Below are positions 7,499 to 17,303 of a stretch of 51,534 bases of DNA, one piece after another. The stretch covers positions 1 through 51,534 of the forward strand of contig CAVJWR010000007.1 in NCBI GenBank assembly GCA_963653155.1, written 5' to 3'. A model generated the notes under the pieces. That model did not search any database and was not told the DNA's origin. It worked only from the letters and a program-made list of their open reading frames with translations. Position 1 is the first letter of the stretch, and every line of letters begins with the position of its first letter. This DNA is from Limosilactobacillus gorillae. GTDB taxonomy: Bacteria; Verrucomicrobiota; Kiritimatiellia; RFP12; UBA1067. The translations under genes were made by a program, and so were the position numbers.

Positions 7499-8365
7499 CT
7501 ACCGCGCAAAGAGCCTTAAGTAACCGGCGACAAGCTGTGGACCCCAAAACATCCATACCAATGTCGCCACGGCAATGAACGGCCCATACGGCACGGCAGT
7601 GAATCCGCCGAGCTTCGCCTTGCCTCTCACAATAAGCGCAATGCCCACGACCGACCCCACGACCGAAGACACTATCAGGACAAACAGGACAGCAGTAGGG
7701 CCGAAAAACGCGCCTATCGCCCCCATCAGCTTCACGTCACCAAACCCCAAGGCGTCCTTCCTGAAAATCTTTGTGAACAGCCAACCCATGCCCCACAGGA
7801 AGAAGAATCCAAAGCCCAATCCCGCCACGCTCCAGCAAAGGGATGGCAACCACGTGCGCTCCATCTGCAGTTCAGGGATCAGCACAGAGGCAGGTACGCC
7901 TATCAGCATTCCGCCAATGGTAACGCGATCCGGCAGATAGAAATGGTCGAGATCGATGAACGAGCCGAGGATCAATCCTGATATCACGAGCCAATACGCA
8001 GCGACAGCACACAGGGAATGCACTGGCTTAAGCCACATCACCGGACAATCCCCAAGCATCGCCGGCATCGCCCATTGGATGAATGCCATGAAGAACAGGA
8101 TGCCGCCAAGCATCTCCACCACTGCATAGCGCATGGATATCGGCTTGCGGCAATTCGCGCACCTGCCGCCAAGGGCCACATACGACAGTATCGGGATGTT
8201 CTGGTACCAGCGTATGGGGACGTTGCAGTTTGGGCAATGCGAGGCTGGCCTTACGACGCTTTCGTTTCGCGGAAGCCGCCATATGCATACATTGAGGAAA
8301 CTGGCAATGCACGCACCGAAAGCGAAACTGAAGAATCCGAATATGCAGAAGTAATTAAAATCCAT
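7499..8365 (-). CDS. Prepilin peptidase (A24 family type IV prepilin leader peptidase/N-methyltransferase)
   Basis: 288 aa, polytopic. Carries the N-terminal Cys motif SHCPNCNVPIRWYQNIPILSY...GGRCANCRKPIS and the GFGDVKLMGAIGAFFG aspartyl-protease motif. Confidence 0.85.
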   Translation of the reverse strand: MDFNYFCIFGFFSFAFGACIASFLNVCIWRLPRNESVVRPASHCPNCNVPIRWYQNIPILSYVALGGRCANCRKPISMRYAVVEMLGGILFFMAFIQWAMPAMLGDCPVMWLKPVHSLCAVAAYWLVISGLILGSFIDLDHFYLPDRVTIGGMLIGVPASVLIPELQMERTWLPSLCWSVAGLGFGFFFLWGMGWLFTKIFRKDALGFGDVKLMGAIGAFFGPTAVLFVLIVSSVVGSVVGIALIVRGKAKLGGFTAVPYGPFIAVATLVWMFWGPQLVAGYLRLFAR

Positions 8366-8368
8366 CGC

Positions 8369-9256
8369 CTATTTGCCTGACTGTGAAAGGTATTCCATGA
8401 GAACTGACGGATAGTCGGTTCCAAACGAATCAGGTTCAACCTTGGATAGGAGTTTGTACGTTTCCACACGATCACCTTCCGTCCATGGGAACACCTGAGC
8501 TTCTATGCCCAGATCCTTTGCCGTGCGCACGGCCTTTGCCAAAAGTGGCAGTGTTGGGGCGAAAACCGTGTTGCCGTCACGGGTGTCTACGCGCACATGG
8601 AACTGGATGATGTCCGGCTTCGGGAAACCGGGCTTCTTCATCTCTGCCAGACGCTTTTCCAGAGTCGATTCGCAGAGAGCCGCGATTTTCGGGTCGCGGA
8701 TGTTCACATCCCGATTATTACCCCACAAACCAGTCCACACCCAGACCAGTGTTTTCCCGTCAGGCACAAGCCTCCGCCATTTCTTGACGAATCCCGTTCC
8801 GCCGCCACAGCAGTAGACCTGCCGCTCGACGCCATGCTTTTTCACGAGAGCGGCGCATTCCTCAAGCTTGCCGGCCGCCTTGTCCATCACGATCCGCCTG
8901 TTGGGGAAGCCGCGCATTGTCGCAAACACCTCGTCCCATGTAGGCGGATACACGCCCGCGAACTTTGCACCCTTAGGACGCCCAATGTCTATTTTCCGAA
9001 CCTCCTCGAACGTGTATTCCTCAAACTTCTTTCCCCGATAGGTCGGGTCGTGGAACGCAACATACACGCCATCGCTCGTGTGACGGATGTCGAACTCCGG
9101 CATGAATCCCCGCTCCCAGGTAAGCATCGCAGCAGTAAGGGAATTCTCCGGAAGATTTCCAATGCCGTCCCCACGATGCACCACACTGTTCATCATGTCG
9201 GCATTAACCGACGAAATGGCGGTAATGGCCGCCAAGGCCAATGCGAGTCTTGTCAT
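8369..9256 (-). CDS. Secreted glycerophosphodiester phosphodiesterase (GDPD) family protein
   Basis: 295 aa with a signal peptide. GDPD signature VVHRGDG..LPENSL....G..PEFDIRHTSDGVYVAFHDPT. Its stop lies 3 nt from the prepilin peptidase start. Confidence 0.7.
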   Translation of the reverse strand: MTRLALALAAITAISSVNADMMNSVVHRGDGIGNLPENSLTAAMLTWERGFMPEFDIRHTSDGVYVAFHDPTYRGKKFEEYTFEEVRKIDIGRPKGAKFAGVYPPTWDEVFATMRGFPNRRIVMDKAAGKLEECAALVKKHGVERQVYCCGGGTGFVKKWRRLVPDGKTLVWVWTGLWGNNRDVNIRDPKIAALCESTLEKRLAEMKKPGFPKPDIIQFHVRVDTRDGNTVFAPTLPLLAKAVRTAKDLGIEAQVFPWTEGDRVETYKLLSKVEPDSFGTDYPSVLMEYLSQSGK

Positions 9257-9283
9257 TTCAACTGTTCCTTTCCTTTGTTTGCA

Positions 9284-12208
9284 TTACCTAAGACGATACC
9301 AGCGAGTTTCGCCGGCGGTCATCCTAACCTTGAAGCTTCCTCCCGTGGCATCCACTGTCTTGCCGGATTTCATGTTCACCACCTTTCCTGCACGTGGAGG
9401 CCTGATGACATACTCTCCACCGCGCAGACAATGCAGCGACATGAAGCTCTCATTCATGTCCACAGTCAATCCAAATCTGCCTACCGGCACATACGCACCA
9501 GACTCCACGGCCAGATGATTGAAATACTGCGGGGACAGTCCACCAAACGAGGCAACGTAGACGATCTTACCACGCCCATCCATTTTCTCAACCACAGCCG
9601 CCGTCCCATCCTCCGTATAGCGGGCAAGCACCTTTTGCGAAGGGCTCTCTTTCACATAATGGCGCGGAGGGCTCTGGAACTGCCATGGCCATCCGCCAGA
9701 TACGCCGAGAAGCGAAACCATCTTAGGCGCATGGGCAAGCGAATTCATGTTCCATCGCACACCAGACTCGGCCTTGACCTCGTGCTGTGCCGGAAACGGC
9801 CTTTCCCCAAGCTCGATACCCAACGCCTCAACGCCACGCGACACGCCCGTTCCCGCGAGGAACACAAGCGTTCTGCCGCCCGAGCGCAACCCTTCAAGAA
9901 TGCGTTTGCGATTGGAATCCAGGTCATACAGTCCCGCGAATACGATGGTCTTGTAGCGGGATGCGAGTGACGGATCCTCCATCCAATCGTCAAGAAGCCA
10001 ACGGTCTACTGGAACTCCGCTGCCGGCGAGCATCTCGAACTGTTCGCCGTTGAGGACCTGCTCGTCCATGTTGAAGTAGTGCGATATCAGGTTCCGCATA
10101 AGCGAACCCTCCTCGTCAAAGACGAAAGCCACATCGGGATGCCAGCCGTCCGCGCCAAGCTTCTCAAGCTCCCGTCCGCAGGTAAGCGTATCGGCGATAT
10201 CTGCCGCAATGCCATCAGGCTCAAACCACCCTCCAGCCATGTCGAGATACCACCATCCCATGCGCTGTGCGTACATCCTGCCGGCGAGCTTGCGGTTCAT
10301 CGAGCACCACATCGGGTCATCAATTGCGCGCGAAAAGCCAATTGTGGCAAGTTCATCCTCCCAACTCGTCAACGCGCCATATGTCCTAATGTCAAATTCG
10401 TCCAAATACAGCTTGCCATGGCGGTGGAACGAGGAAAGCGGCAAGCGCACCCCACACGGAACGCCCGGCACGCGGTTACCGTAATTTGGCTGTGCACAGA
10501 GGATATCAATCGCGTCAGACTTCACGAACGGCGTTATGTCGTAAGCGGCATTCCACGTGCCGCCAAACGGACTCATGCAGTAGCGCACCACTACAATGTC
10601 CTTACCGAAGCATTTCTTCACCTGTCGCGCCATATCCTCCTGAACGTGAAACGGGCCGATCTTCAGATACAGAGAATAGTCCGCTATGGCCCTGTCGCGC
10701 ACAGCTGAGAAATAATTACGCTTCCCGAAACTGTCGTGCAGGACGGGAGGCGTGGCAGATGAGAAAGTCACCTTGTCGTCATTCCATGCGCCACGCAATT
10801 CCCCTTCCGACGAATAGCGCGTCCTCAGCCACCGCCTGAAACCCGCAATCGCAGGCTTCGAGTAGTCGGGATGGACTGTCGCGAATTGCGCATCATGATA
10901 CCCCGCAAGGTGCACCCCAACGATGCGCTTCGAAAGCCCCGTGCGCCTAAGCTCGGATATAAGCTTCGAAAGGCACCCGTTGACCGCATCTCGCCAGACA
11001 GGCGAATGGTTCGAGACCCAGTACCAATGGCGCTTAGGATCCATCTCTTTCGGAAGCGAATACGCAGAATGTGTGTTGTGTCCGAACACCTTCCGCCCCT
11101 CATCATTAATCCACACTTCGTCAGGATGCTCTTCGGCGAACTCCGGATAGGCAGAGACATCCACGCTCAACAGGAATTGTGCGGAAGGCGCAAGTTTCAT
11201 GGACTTCCTGATTTCGGCCACAGCACCGGACACATCGAAACCATCTTTCGACCAATATCCCTTGGTCTGGCCTTTTGTCGTTCCAAGCCGGATCGCCATC
11301 GACTGAAGGTTCATGCCGGCCGCCTCCATCTTCGCTCCGCCATAGAAACCCTTGAGTTCTTCCGACGTTGACCCCTTGAAGAACACAGGCACCTGCACCT
11401 TGCCGTCCAGGATAAACTTGGAATAGCCATCCCGCCATTCAACCTTTGCGGTGTGGTCGATATCCGCCGCAAGCCCGGCATCGAAATCCTCGTCCGAAAT
11501 CGCCACGCCATACCCGGCTTTCCTTGGAGGCCGACGTTCACGCACGGCTTTCCACCATGATGCCGAAGCCGCCCCGAAGTCCTCCACGCCCCAGTTAGTC
11601 CATATGCTTACGGACGGAGCCCCCGCCACAACTATGGCCGCATATACGTTAGTCCCCGAAGTGGAGTCTGTCTCGAAATGCGCGAACTTCACATCAGGCA
11701 TGCCTGGTGGAGTGTTCGCCATCAGCGTCTGCTTCGGCCCGCCACGTCCGAAACGATCAAACTTCGAGAAATACGACAGACGCTCTTTGCCGCCATGCAT
11801 CACCAGAAACCCATAGCTGTACCCGCAATCCGCATCACGCGATTCCGAACTGGCATAAGCGCGTAACCTTGTGCCGAGCGGCACCTCAAACGGAGACTTC
11901 GGACGCACAACCACATAGCCGACCGCATTGCGCTTGGTGATCCTAATAGCCGGCGGCGCACGACGTATCTTAACCATCGAAACCGTGCCCGTCGCGCCAT
12001 CTCGCCATTCGACGTCAAAGGCGGAAAGTCCTTTTGCAAGCGGGGCATTCCAGATGTTCATTACCGGACTGTGGGAACGTCTTCCGGGGCATATGTTCTC
12101 CCAGCCTTCCGTACCGCAATAGGAGGCATGTGCCAAAAGTGCAAACATCGACAGGATATTGACCCGCACAAACATCTTGCCTAATCCCGAAAACATGCTT
12201 TCCCTCAC
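9284..12208 (-). CDS. Large secreted glycoside-hydrolase-like protein (N-terminal beta-sandwich plus GH42-like TIM-barrel region)
   Basis: 974-aa ORF with a signal-like N-terminus (a start at the internal MFVRVNILSMFALLAHA is also possible). The segment ..EHPDEVWINDEGRKV...IVGVHLAGYHDAQF...AGFRRWLRTRYSSEGELRGAWND.. is paralogous to aa ~800-1000 of the 17458-21924 product and resembles GH42-type beta-galactosidases. The family is not verified. Confidence 0.65.
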   Translation of the reverse strand: MRESMFSGLGKMFVRVNILSMFALLAHASYCGTEGWENICPGRRSHSPVMNIWNAPLAKGLSAFDVEWRDGATGTVSMVKIRRAPPAIRITKRNAVGYVVVRPKSPFEVPLGTRLRAYASSESRDADCGYSYGFLVMHGGKERLSYFSKFDRFGRGGPKQTLMANTPPGMPDVKFAHFETDSTSGTNVYAAIVVAGAPSVSIWTNWGVEDFGAASASWWKAVRERRPPRKAGYGVAISDEDFDAGLAADIDHTAKVEWRDGYSKFILDGKVQVPVFFKGSTSEELKGFYGGAKMEAAGMNLQSMAIRLGTTKGQTKGYWSKDGFDVSGAVAEIRKSMKLAPSAQFLLSVDVSAYPEFAEEHPDEVWINDEGRKVFGHNTHSAYSLPKEMDPKRHWYWVSNHSPVWRDAVNGCLSKLISELRRTGLSKRIVGVHLAGYHDAQFATVHPDYSKPAIAGFRRWLRTRYSSEGELRGAWNDDKVTFSSATPPVLHDSFGKRNYFSAVRDRAIADYSLYLKIGPFHVQEDMARQVKKCFGKDIVVVRYCMSPFGGTWNAAYDITPFVKSDAIDILCAQPNYGNRVPGVPCGVRLPLSSFHRHGKLYLDEFDIRTYGALTSWEDELATIGFSRAIDDPMWCSMNRKLAGRMYAQRMGWWYLDMAGGWFEPDGIAADIADTLTCGRELEKLGADGWHPDVAFVFDEEGSLMRNLISHYFNMDEQVLNGEQFEMLAGSGVPVDRWLLDDWMEDPSLASRYKTIVFAGLYDLDSNRKRILEGLRSGGRTLVFLAGTGVSRGVEALGIELGERPFPAQHEVKAESGVRWNMNSLAHAPKMVSLLGVSGGWPWQFQSPPRHYVKESPSQKVLARYTEDGTAAVVEKMDGRGKIVYVASFGGLSPQYFNHLAVESGAYVPVGRFGLTVDMNESFMSLHCLRGGEYVIRPPRAGKVVNMKSGKTVDATGGSFKVRMTAGETRWYRLR

Positions 12209-12219
12209 CCTTCTGCCGT

Positions 12220-14520
12220 TTAAAGGTCAAGCGTCGCAGAATAGTCGCCTCCATCCGAAAGCGCACATGCGGTGGCCATCCGCTCACTGCCGTTGACCTC
12301 CACCGTAAATGGCTTAGACACATCCCCCATTTCATTCGACAGATAGATGCGGAATTTGCGCACGTTCTCGGCTTCTACCTTGAACCTGTTGCCTCCCATG
12401 TTTTCCGCAATTATCCTGAAGCCCTGTGGAAACTCCCTCTTCTCAAGCCTATACGTCTGCCGCGCAAGGTCATCTTGCGACAATGCGACATCGGGACCTT
12501 CAAGCGCAATGCCGTCAAGCGTAAGCCGTCCTGGAACGGATTCCACAACTTCCAGCCAACGAGTCCTCTTTGGCAATTCGAGAGAAGGATGCCGAGTGCC
12601 GCATGGCGAAATTAGCGCAACCTTCCTTGCGTAGGGTTTTCTCTTTTGCTTCATCGCCCACGCAAAGAACCTGCGCATTGCCGCCTGAGCCTCTGCGCAT
12701 CCGAGGCTGTGCCCACCCATATGTTCGTCATACACATGCGCCACCCCATCGCGCTCCATCAGATCGTGTGCGGCGCGGGCAAAAGATACGCCACACCAGT
12801 GGTGATTGCGGGCGTGAGGAAGTCCGGGATGCCATTTGGATTCCGGCGAACAGTCAAGCGCACCATGCTGCATATACACGGGGGTGCCGAGAAAGGCGCG
12901 GAAATCAGATTCCCACCATCCGCCGGAACTGCACCACACTCCGGCCAGCCGATCGGAGAGGATCTGCCCGATGTGCAAGGCTCCATAGCCCCCCATGGAA
13001 TGCCCGCCAAGGAGAATCCTTTCGGGATCGATGTTGAACTTGCTTTTCGCGTCCCTTATCGTAGCCTCTATCAGTGCCGGTGCCTCAGGCACGTTCCAAC
13101 GCGATCCATGGTTGCCTTTCGGGGCACTCGGAGCCACCACAATGAATGGGGCTTCGCCCATCGCCGGTTGGGCAAGGCCACCATCACGCAAATACTTTTC
13201 CGGCTGGTCGTCTGGCGTATCCGTGGTTCCGCCATGCAGAAACACGAGAAGCGGAGACGGCCTCGCGAAGTCAATGCCTTTCGGGACATAATAGTACACT
13301 CGCCCATCCGTGCGTCCAGGCGCAGGCGTGAAGTAAGGCATTCGGTCAAGCGGCTTCACGTGGTTCTCAAGACGCTCCACGGCGGTATCGGATTCGTCAA
13401 GCGCGGTTGGCATCGGGTCGGTGAATGGACGCCAAACGGAATACTTCGTCTCGCAGCCACGTCCTGGGGCTACGTGCATCCGCGTCTCGCCGACTGACGC
13501 CGCAAACTCGCAGATCTCGGACTCGATTGTTGTAGACGAACAGATCGACCAGCTCTCAAGCACATGACGGCCATCCTTAAGCGGCGCATTGTGCGCCGTA
13601 AGGACCGATCTCAGGTCTTCCACACCAAATGGCACCTTCTTCGGCTTCACGGAGAACGGGAACGGCTTGCCATTCGGCCATTCCGACCCCGTCAGCAGAC
13701 GGATCGCCTGCCGGAACCGTCCTGTGTTGTTCGGATGCTCAAACGACTTTTCCTCCCCATAGTTGTAGCTTCCCTGATACGCCTTGGCGAAGTTGAACTT
13801 GCCCTTCCCGTCCCAAAAGCCCTTGCGCTTCGCGTTTTCGACTAGATCCTTCGATGCAATGACATTCTCCTTTGGCCAGGCATCGAGGTTGTACACGGTG
13901 TATAGGTTGGGCATGATGGTCACTTCGTAATCCGGACACCTCACCGCCACATAGTTGCGTCCGTGCACGACCTGCACAAGCCAGGCCTCATCCCTATCGG
14001 CAACCGTGTATATCCTCGCGCTCGGCGCGTAACCGTACTTCTCCACAAGTTCGCAGAGGATACGCACTCCGTCACGTGCGCTCGTCGCGCGTTCGCCGAC
14101 GGCCCGACGCAGGTTGAACTTGATCCCGCCCTCGGCAAGCAGAGACGGATCGTCCATCCGTTCCGTCGAATCGCCGCCGGAGTCGCTTAACACGAGCACG
14201 CCCTTCTCGTTGAGGAACGTGTCGGCATTGCCGTCGCCATAGTTGAACTTCACCTCGCCCCAATAGCACGCAAGCGTATGCGGGACCTGCGGGATCTTGG
14301 CGTTGCATCCTTTTGTGGCCGGGAGAAGCGTCCCGACCGGCCAATCCCTCGCGGGCAGCATTCCATGGTGGCATTCGAACGGCGGCCAGTCATCTTCGTT
14401 GTGCCCGACAATCACATGTCCTGTCGCGGAGACCTTCTTGCCGACGACAAACGTCATGCACGCCTCAGACATGGCGGTTGCGGACAAAGCCGCAAGCAAC
14501 ATCATCATCTTGCATCTCAT
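12220..14520 (-). CDS. Fusion protein: C69 family (Ntn, Cys-nucleophile) dipeptidase domain plus alpha/beta-hydrolase (esterase-like) domain
   Basis: 766 aa. A signal peptide ends ..AMSEA and is followed by C-MTFVVGKKVSATGHVIVGHNEDD, the N-terminal nucleophile Cys pattern of C69. The C-terminal half has LLVFLHGG...ILLGGHSMGGYGALH (a GxSxG nucleophile elbow) and then a tail domain. Confidence 0.7.
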   Translation of the reverse strand: MRCKMMMLLAALSATAMSEACMTFVVGKKVSATGHVIVGHNEDDWPPFECHHGMLPARDWPVGTLLPATKGCNAKIPQVPHTLACYWGEVKFNYGDGNADTFLNEKGVLVLSDSGGDSTERMDDPSLLAEGGIKFNLRRAVGERATSARDGVRILCELVEKYGYAPSARIYTVADRDEAWLVQVVHGRNYVAVRCPDYEVTIMPNLYTVYNLDAWPKENVIASKDLVENAKRKGFWDGKGKFNFAKAYQGSYNYGEEKSFEHPNNTGRFRQAIRLLTGSEWPNGKPFPFSVKPKKVPFGVEDLRSVLTAHNAPLKDGRHVLESWSICSSTTIESEICEFAASVGETRMHVAPGRGCETKYSVWRPFTDPMPTALDESDTAVERLENHVKPLDRMPYFTPAPGRTDGRVYYYVPKGIDFARPSPLLVFLHGGTTDTPDDQPEKYLRDGGLAQPAMGEAPFIVVAPSAPKGNHGSRWNVPEAPALIEATIRDAKSKFNIDPERILLGGHSMGGYGALHIGQILSDRLAGVWCSSGGWWESDFRAFLGTPVYMQHGALDCSPESKWHPGLPHARNHHWCGVSFARAAHDLMERDGVAHVYDEHMGGHSLGCAEAQAAMRRFFAWAMKQKRKPYARKVALISPCGTRHPSLELPKRTRWLEVVESVPGRLTLDGIALEGPDVALSQDDLARQTYRLEKREFPQGFRIIAENMGGNRFKVEAENVRKFRIYLSNEMGDVSKPFTVEVNGSERMATACALSDGGDYSATLDL

Positions 14521-14521
14521 T

Positions 14522-15652
14522 TCAACGCACCTCCCTGAGCCATTTCACGAAGAACTCCAGATACTCGTTCGCCGACCGAAGCGACCCATGCTCGTCAACC
14601 TGATGCGCACCATGCGCATCGGGGCAATAGATGACTGTCGGCAAACCAAGATCCGAGAACTGGAACGCATCCGTGGCGGCCACCATTTTCGCGTCACGGA
14701 ACGACTCGCCCCAACGCAAGCGCATCGACGCAAGAAGCGATTGCACAAGCGGATCATTCGGGTCGTTTACCACCGGCGGCACACAGTACAGCGTCTCGGG
14801 TTCTATGCCAGTCAACTCTCGGACATGGGCTTTCAATCTCTCAACATCGTCTTTCCCGATAAAGCGGTACGAGAACGTAACGGACGCCTCGCCCGGAATC
14901 GCGTTCGGTGCGTTTCCGGCAGACAGGATCGTCGGGGAAAGGACGCTGCGGTACGCGTCATCCGTAGGCTTGGGATACGCCTCCATGATCTTTTCGGTGG
15001 CGGCGATTATCTTCGGGATCGCGTTGTCTAGCATCCATGGGACGGACGAGTGTCCCGCCTTCCCCTTCGCAGTCAACCTAAATCCCCAATGCCCCTTCTG
15101 GGCCGTGAACAAGGTATTTGTGGTGTCGCCAACCGTGTCGCCGACCAAGACCATCTTCCTCGGCGTGAACCCCGCATTGCGCAACATCGTGCATGTTGGC
15201 ACCTTGCCTACGCACCCATCCTCATCCGTCGCAAAGAATGCCCCTACGGACACCTTTCCTTTAAGCTCAACAAGAATCTGGGCTATGAGCGCGGCATTGA
15301 CCTTCGTGTCGCATGCGCCGCGCCCGTATATCTCGTCGCCTATGACTTTCGGCTCATACTGATCAGGCGTCTGCGCGGGAACCACATCGATATGGGTCAC
15401 AAAGGCATAATCGCATTCCTTGCCAGGGACTGTCGATGCATAAAGCGCATCACGCCCCTCAACCGTCCTTTCCACATGGCAATAAACGCCACGTTCCTCA
15501 AGATACCCCCTGAGAAACGCGGTCGCCCGGTTGCACTCTGGGATCGATCTCGATTCCGATGGGATTGCAATCAGCCCCTTCACAAAGTCGACATCCATCC
15601 CGGCGAACGCCGCCGCATGCAAAATCCCAATCAAGAATGCCAACCTTTTCAT
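14522..15652 (-). CDS. M20 family metallopeptidase (ArgE/DapE/carboxypeptidase-like)
   Basis: 376 aa with a signal-like N-terminus. Motifs FVTHIDVVPA, YGRGACDTK, FFATDEDG. Its start overlaps the upstream gene's stop by 4 nt. Confidence 0.8.
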   Translation of the reverse strand: MKRLAFLIGILHAAAFAGMDVDFVKGLIAIPSESRSIPECNRATAFLRGYLEERGVYCHVERTVEGRDALYASTVPGKECDYAFVTHIDVVPAQTPDQYEPKVIGDEIYGRGACDTKVNAALIAQILVELKGKVSVGAFFATDEDGCVGKVPTCTMLRNAGFTPRKMVLVGDTVGDTTNTLFTAQKGHWGFRLTAKGKAGHSSVPWMLDNAIPKIIAATEKIMEAYPKPTDDAYRSVLSPTILSAGNAPNAIPGEASVTFSYRFIGKDDVERLKAHVRELTGIEPETLYCVPPVVNDPNDPLVQSLLASMRLRWGESFRDAKMVAATDAFQFSDLGLPTVIYCPDAHGAHQVDEHGSLRSANEYLEFFVKWLREVR

Positions 15653-16623
15653 GGATAAATCGCCCCACCTAAAAAATCAGCTGCGTTCACGGAAATCAGC
15701 AGACGGCAACCGCCATCCGCAACGATCTCACACGACAAGCCAGCCGGCAGCAGGACGCTATCGTCCGCAGCCATCGTGACCTGCGGATAGCCTTCGGTCA
15801 ATATGGCGCACTTCCCCTCGGCAACGAACAATATGCGGAAGTTATCCGATCTGCCGGACAGACTGAAATGATCAGATATGTTGCGTACCTGCAAGTTGAA
15901 GAAAGGGCATTTCACAGGCACAGGGCCATCCGTTTCTCCGCAATGCGCCATTTCCACCGGAGGCAATGACCAATCCATTGAGGCAAGCCCTTCGCGTTCA
16001 TTTGTCTTGCGGCACATTCCGGTCGAAGGGTCAATGCGGTTCCAGTCATGAAGACGCCAAGTGGTGTCGCTCGTCTGCTGTATCTCATACAGACGGCATC
16101 CCCCTCCTATTGAGTGGATCTGCCCGCCGGGGATCAGCAGCACATCGCCTCTGGCAACGTATATCTTTCTGACAAGATGCTCCACAACGCCATCGTGCAA
16201 TGCGCGAATGAAGTCATCCCTTGCCACACCATGATTCAATCCGACGGAAACGTATGACCCTGGCTCCGCTCCAAGCACATACCACATCTCCGTCTTCGGG
16301 TCGCCACCAGAACGACTGGCAGAATCCTGATTCGGATGCACCTGTAGGGAAAGCCTGTCTTTCGCCTCTATTATCTTAGTGAGCAGTGGGAATGGCCCAG
16401 CACATTTCGTCCCATACAGTTCCTCGCCGAATTCATTGGCAAGGTCAGGCAGGGTGCGTCCAGCGTACGGCCCTTCGGAGACGACGCTCGGATGCGCCCG
16501 ATAGGCCGATACGAGCCAGAATTCCCGTCCCCATATCGCCTTATCCTCCTGCGGGATGAACCTTATCGGGTACTTTATCAAGCCTTTAGCCTTTCCACCT
16601 CTGCCTGCGTAAGGTCTCGCCAC
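15649..16623 (-). CDS. manA: Class I mannose-6-phosphate isomerase
   Basis: Motifs YPIRFIP..K.WG, PLLTKIIEAKDRLSLQVHPN, EMWYVLGAEPGSYV, GDVLLIPGGQIHSIG. The ATG at 16623 overlaps rluB by 46 nt. A TTG at 16581 (LIKYPIRF...) overlaps the rluB TGA as TTGA and gives a more typical 310-aa protein, so it is the more likely true start. Confidence 0.8.
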   Translation of the reverse strand: MARPYAGRGGKAKGLIKYPIRFIPQEDKAIWGREFWLVSAYRAHPSVVSEGPYAGRTLPDLANEFGEELYGTKCAGPFPLLTKIIEAKDRLSLQVHPNQDSASRSGGDPKTEMWYVLGAEPGSYVSVGLNHGVARDDFIRALHDGVVEHLVRKIYVARGDVLLIPGGQIHSIGGGCRLYEIQQTSDTTWRLHDWNRIDPSTGMCRKTNEREGLASMDWSLPPVEMAHCGETDGPVPVKCPFFNLQVRNISDHFSLSGRSDNFRILFVAEGKCAILTEGYPQVTMAADDSVLLPAGLSCEIVADGGCRLLISVNAADFLGGAIYP

Positions 16624-17303
16624 TCTCCTGGCCGCAATCGCCCGTCAAGGCGAAGCCCGGATATCTCCACACGCTTCAGCGACAGGACTACAAGATGCGC
16701 CGCACTGCACATATAGCGGATTTGGCGCTTGCGGCCTTCGCCCAGACGGAACAAAAGCGTATGTACGTTGTTTTCCTGCGAACGGATAAGCTCTACCGGC
16801 ACAGGACGCGTAACGTATCCATCCGGCATCGTAACGGGTCCGCGAAGGACATCGAGCTTTTCATCCTGCCACCTTCCGCCGACGCGGACCACATACACCT
16901 TCTCGTGCCCATACCTCGGATGGGTGAGGCGGAGCGCAAGGTCTCCATCGTTGGAAAGCAGAATCAGCCCTTCCGAATCCTTGTCAAGGCGTCCAACGGG
17001 AACCAGACGCTCGCGGATGCGTCCCTTTATGAGGTCTACCACGGTTTCGCCGCCGAAGGGATCGGAAACGCTCGACAGAACACCGACCGGTTTGTACATC
17101 ATTATGGTGCGGGTGCGCTCCTTCATGACGGCAATGACCCGCCCGTCAACGCGCACAATCACCTTTTCAGGATCAAACCGCGCACCTGGCTCGGTGCACA
17201 CCGATCCATCCACAGTCACCCGCCCCTCTTCTATGATCGAGGCCGAATGGCGACGCGACGCAACACCCCTGTGCGCCAATATGTTCTGCAGACGCTCTTC
17301 CAT
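16578..17303 (-). CDS. rluB: Pseudouridine synthase, RsuA/RluB family (S4 domain plus catalytic domain)
   Basis: RLQNILAHRGVASRRHSASIIEEGRVTVDG (S4 domain) and VPVGRLDKDSEGLILLSNDG (catalytic Asp motif). The ATG at 17303 is preferred over the TTG at 17306 given in the ORF track. Confidence 0.85.
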   Translation of the reverse strand: MEERLQNILAHRGVASRRHSASIIEEGRVTVDGSVCTEPGARFDPEKVIVRVDGRVIAVMKERTRTIMMYKPVGVLSSVSDPFGGETVVDLIKGRIRERLVPVGRLDKDSEGLILLSNDGDLALRLTHPRYGHEKVYVVRVGGRWQDEKLDVLRGPVTMPDGYVTRPVPVELIRSQENNVHTLLFRLGEGRKRQIRYMCSAAHLVVLSLKRVEISGLRLDGRLRPGEWRDLTQAEVERLKA

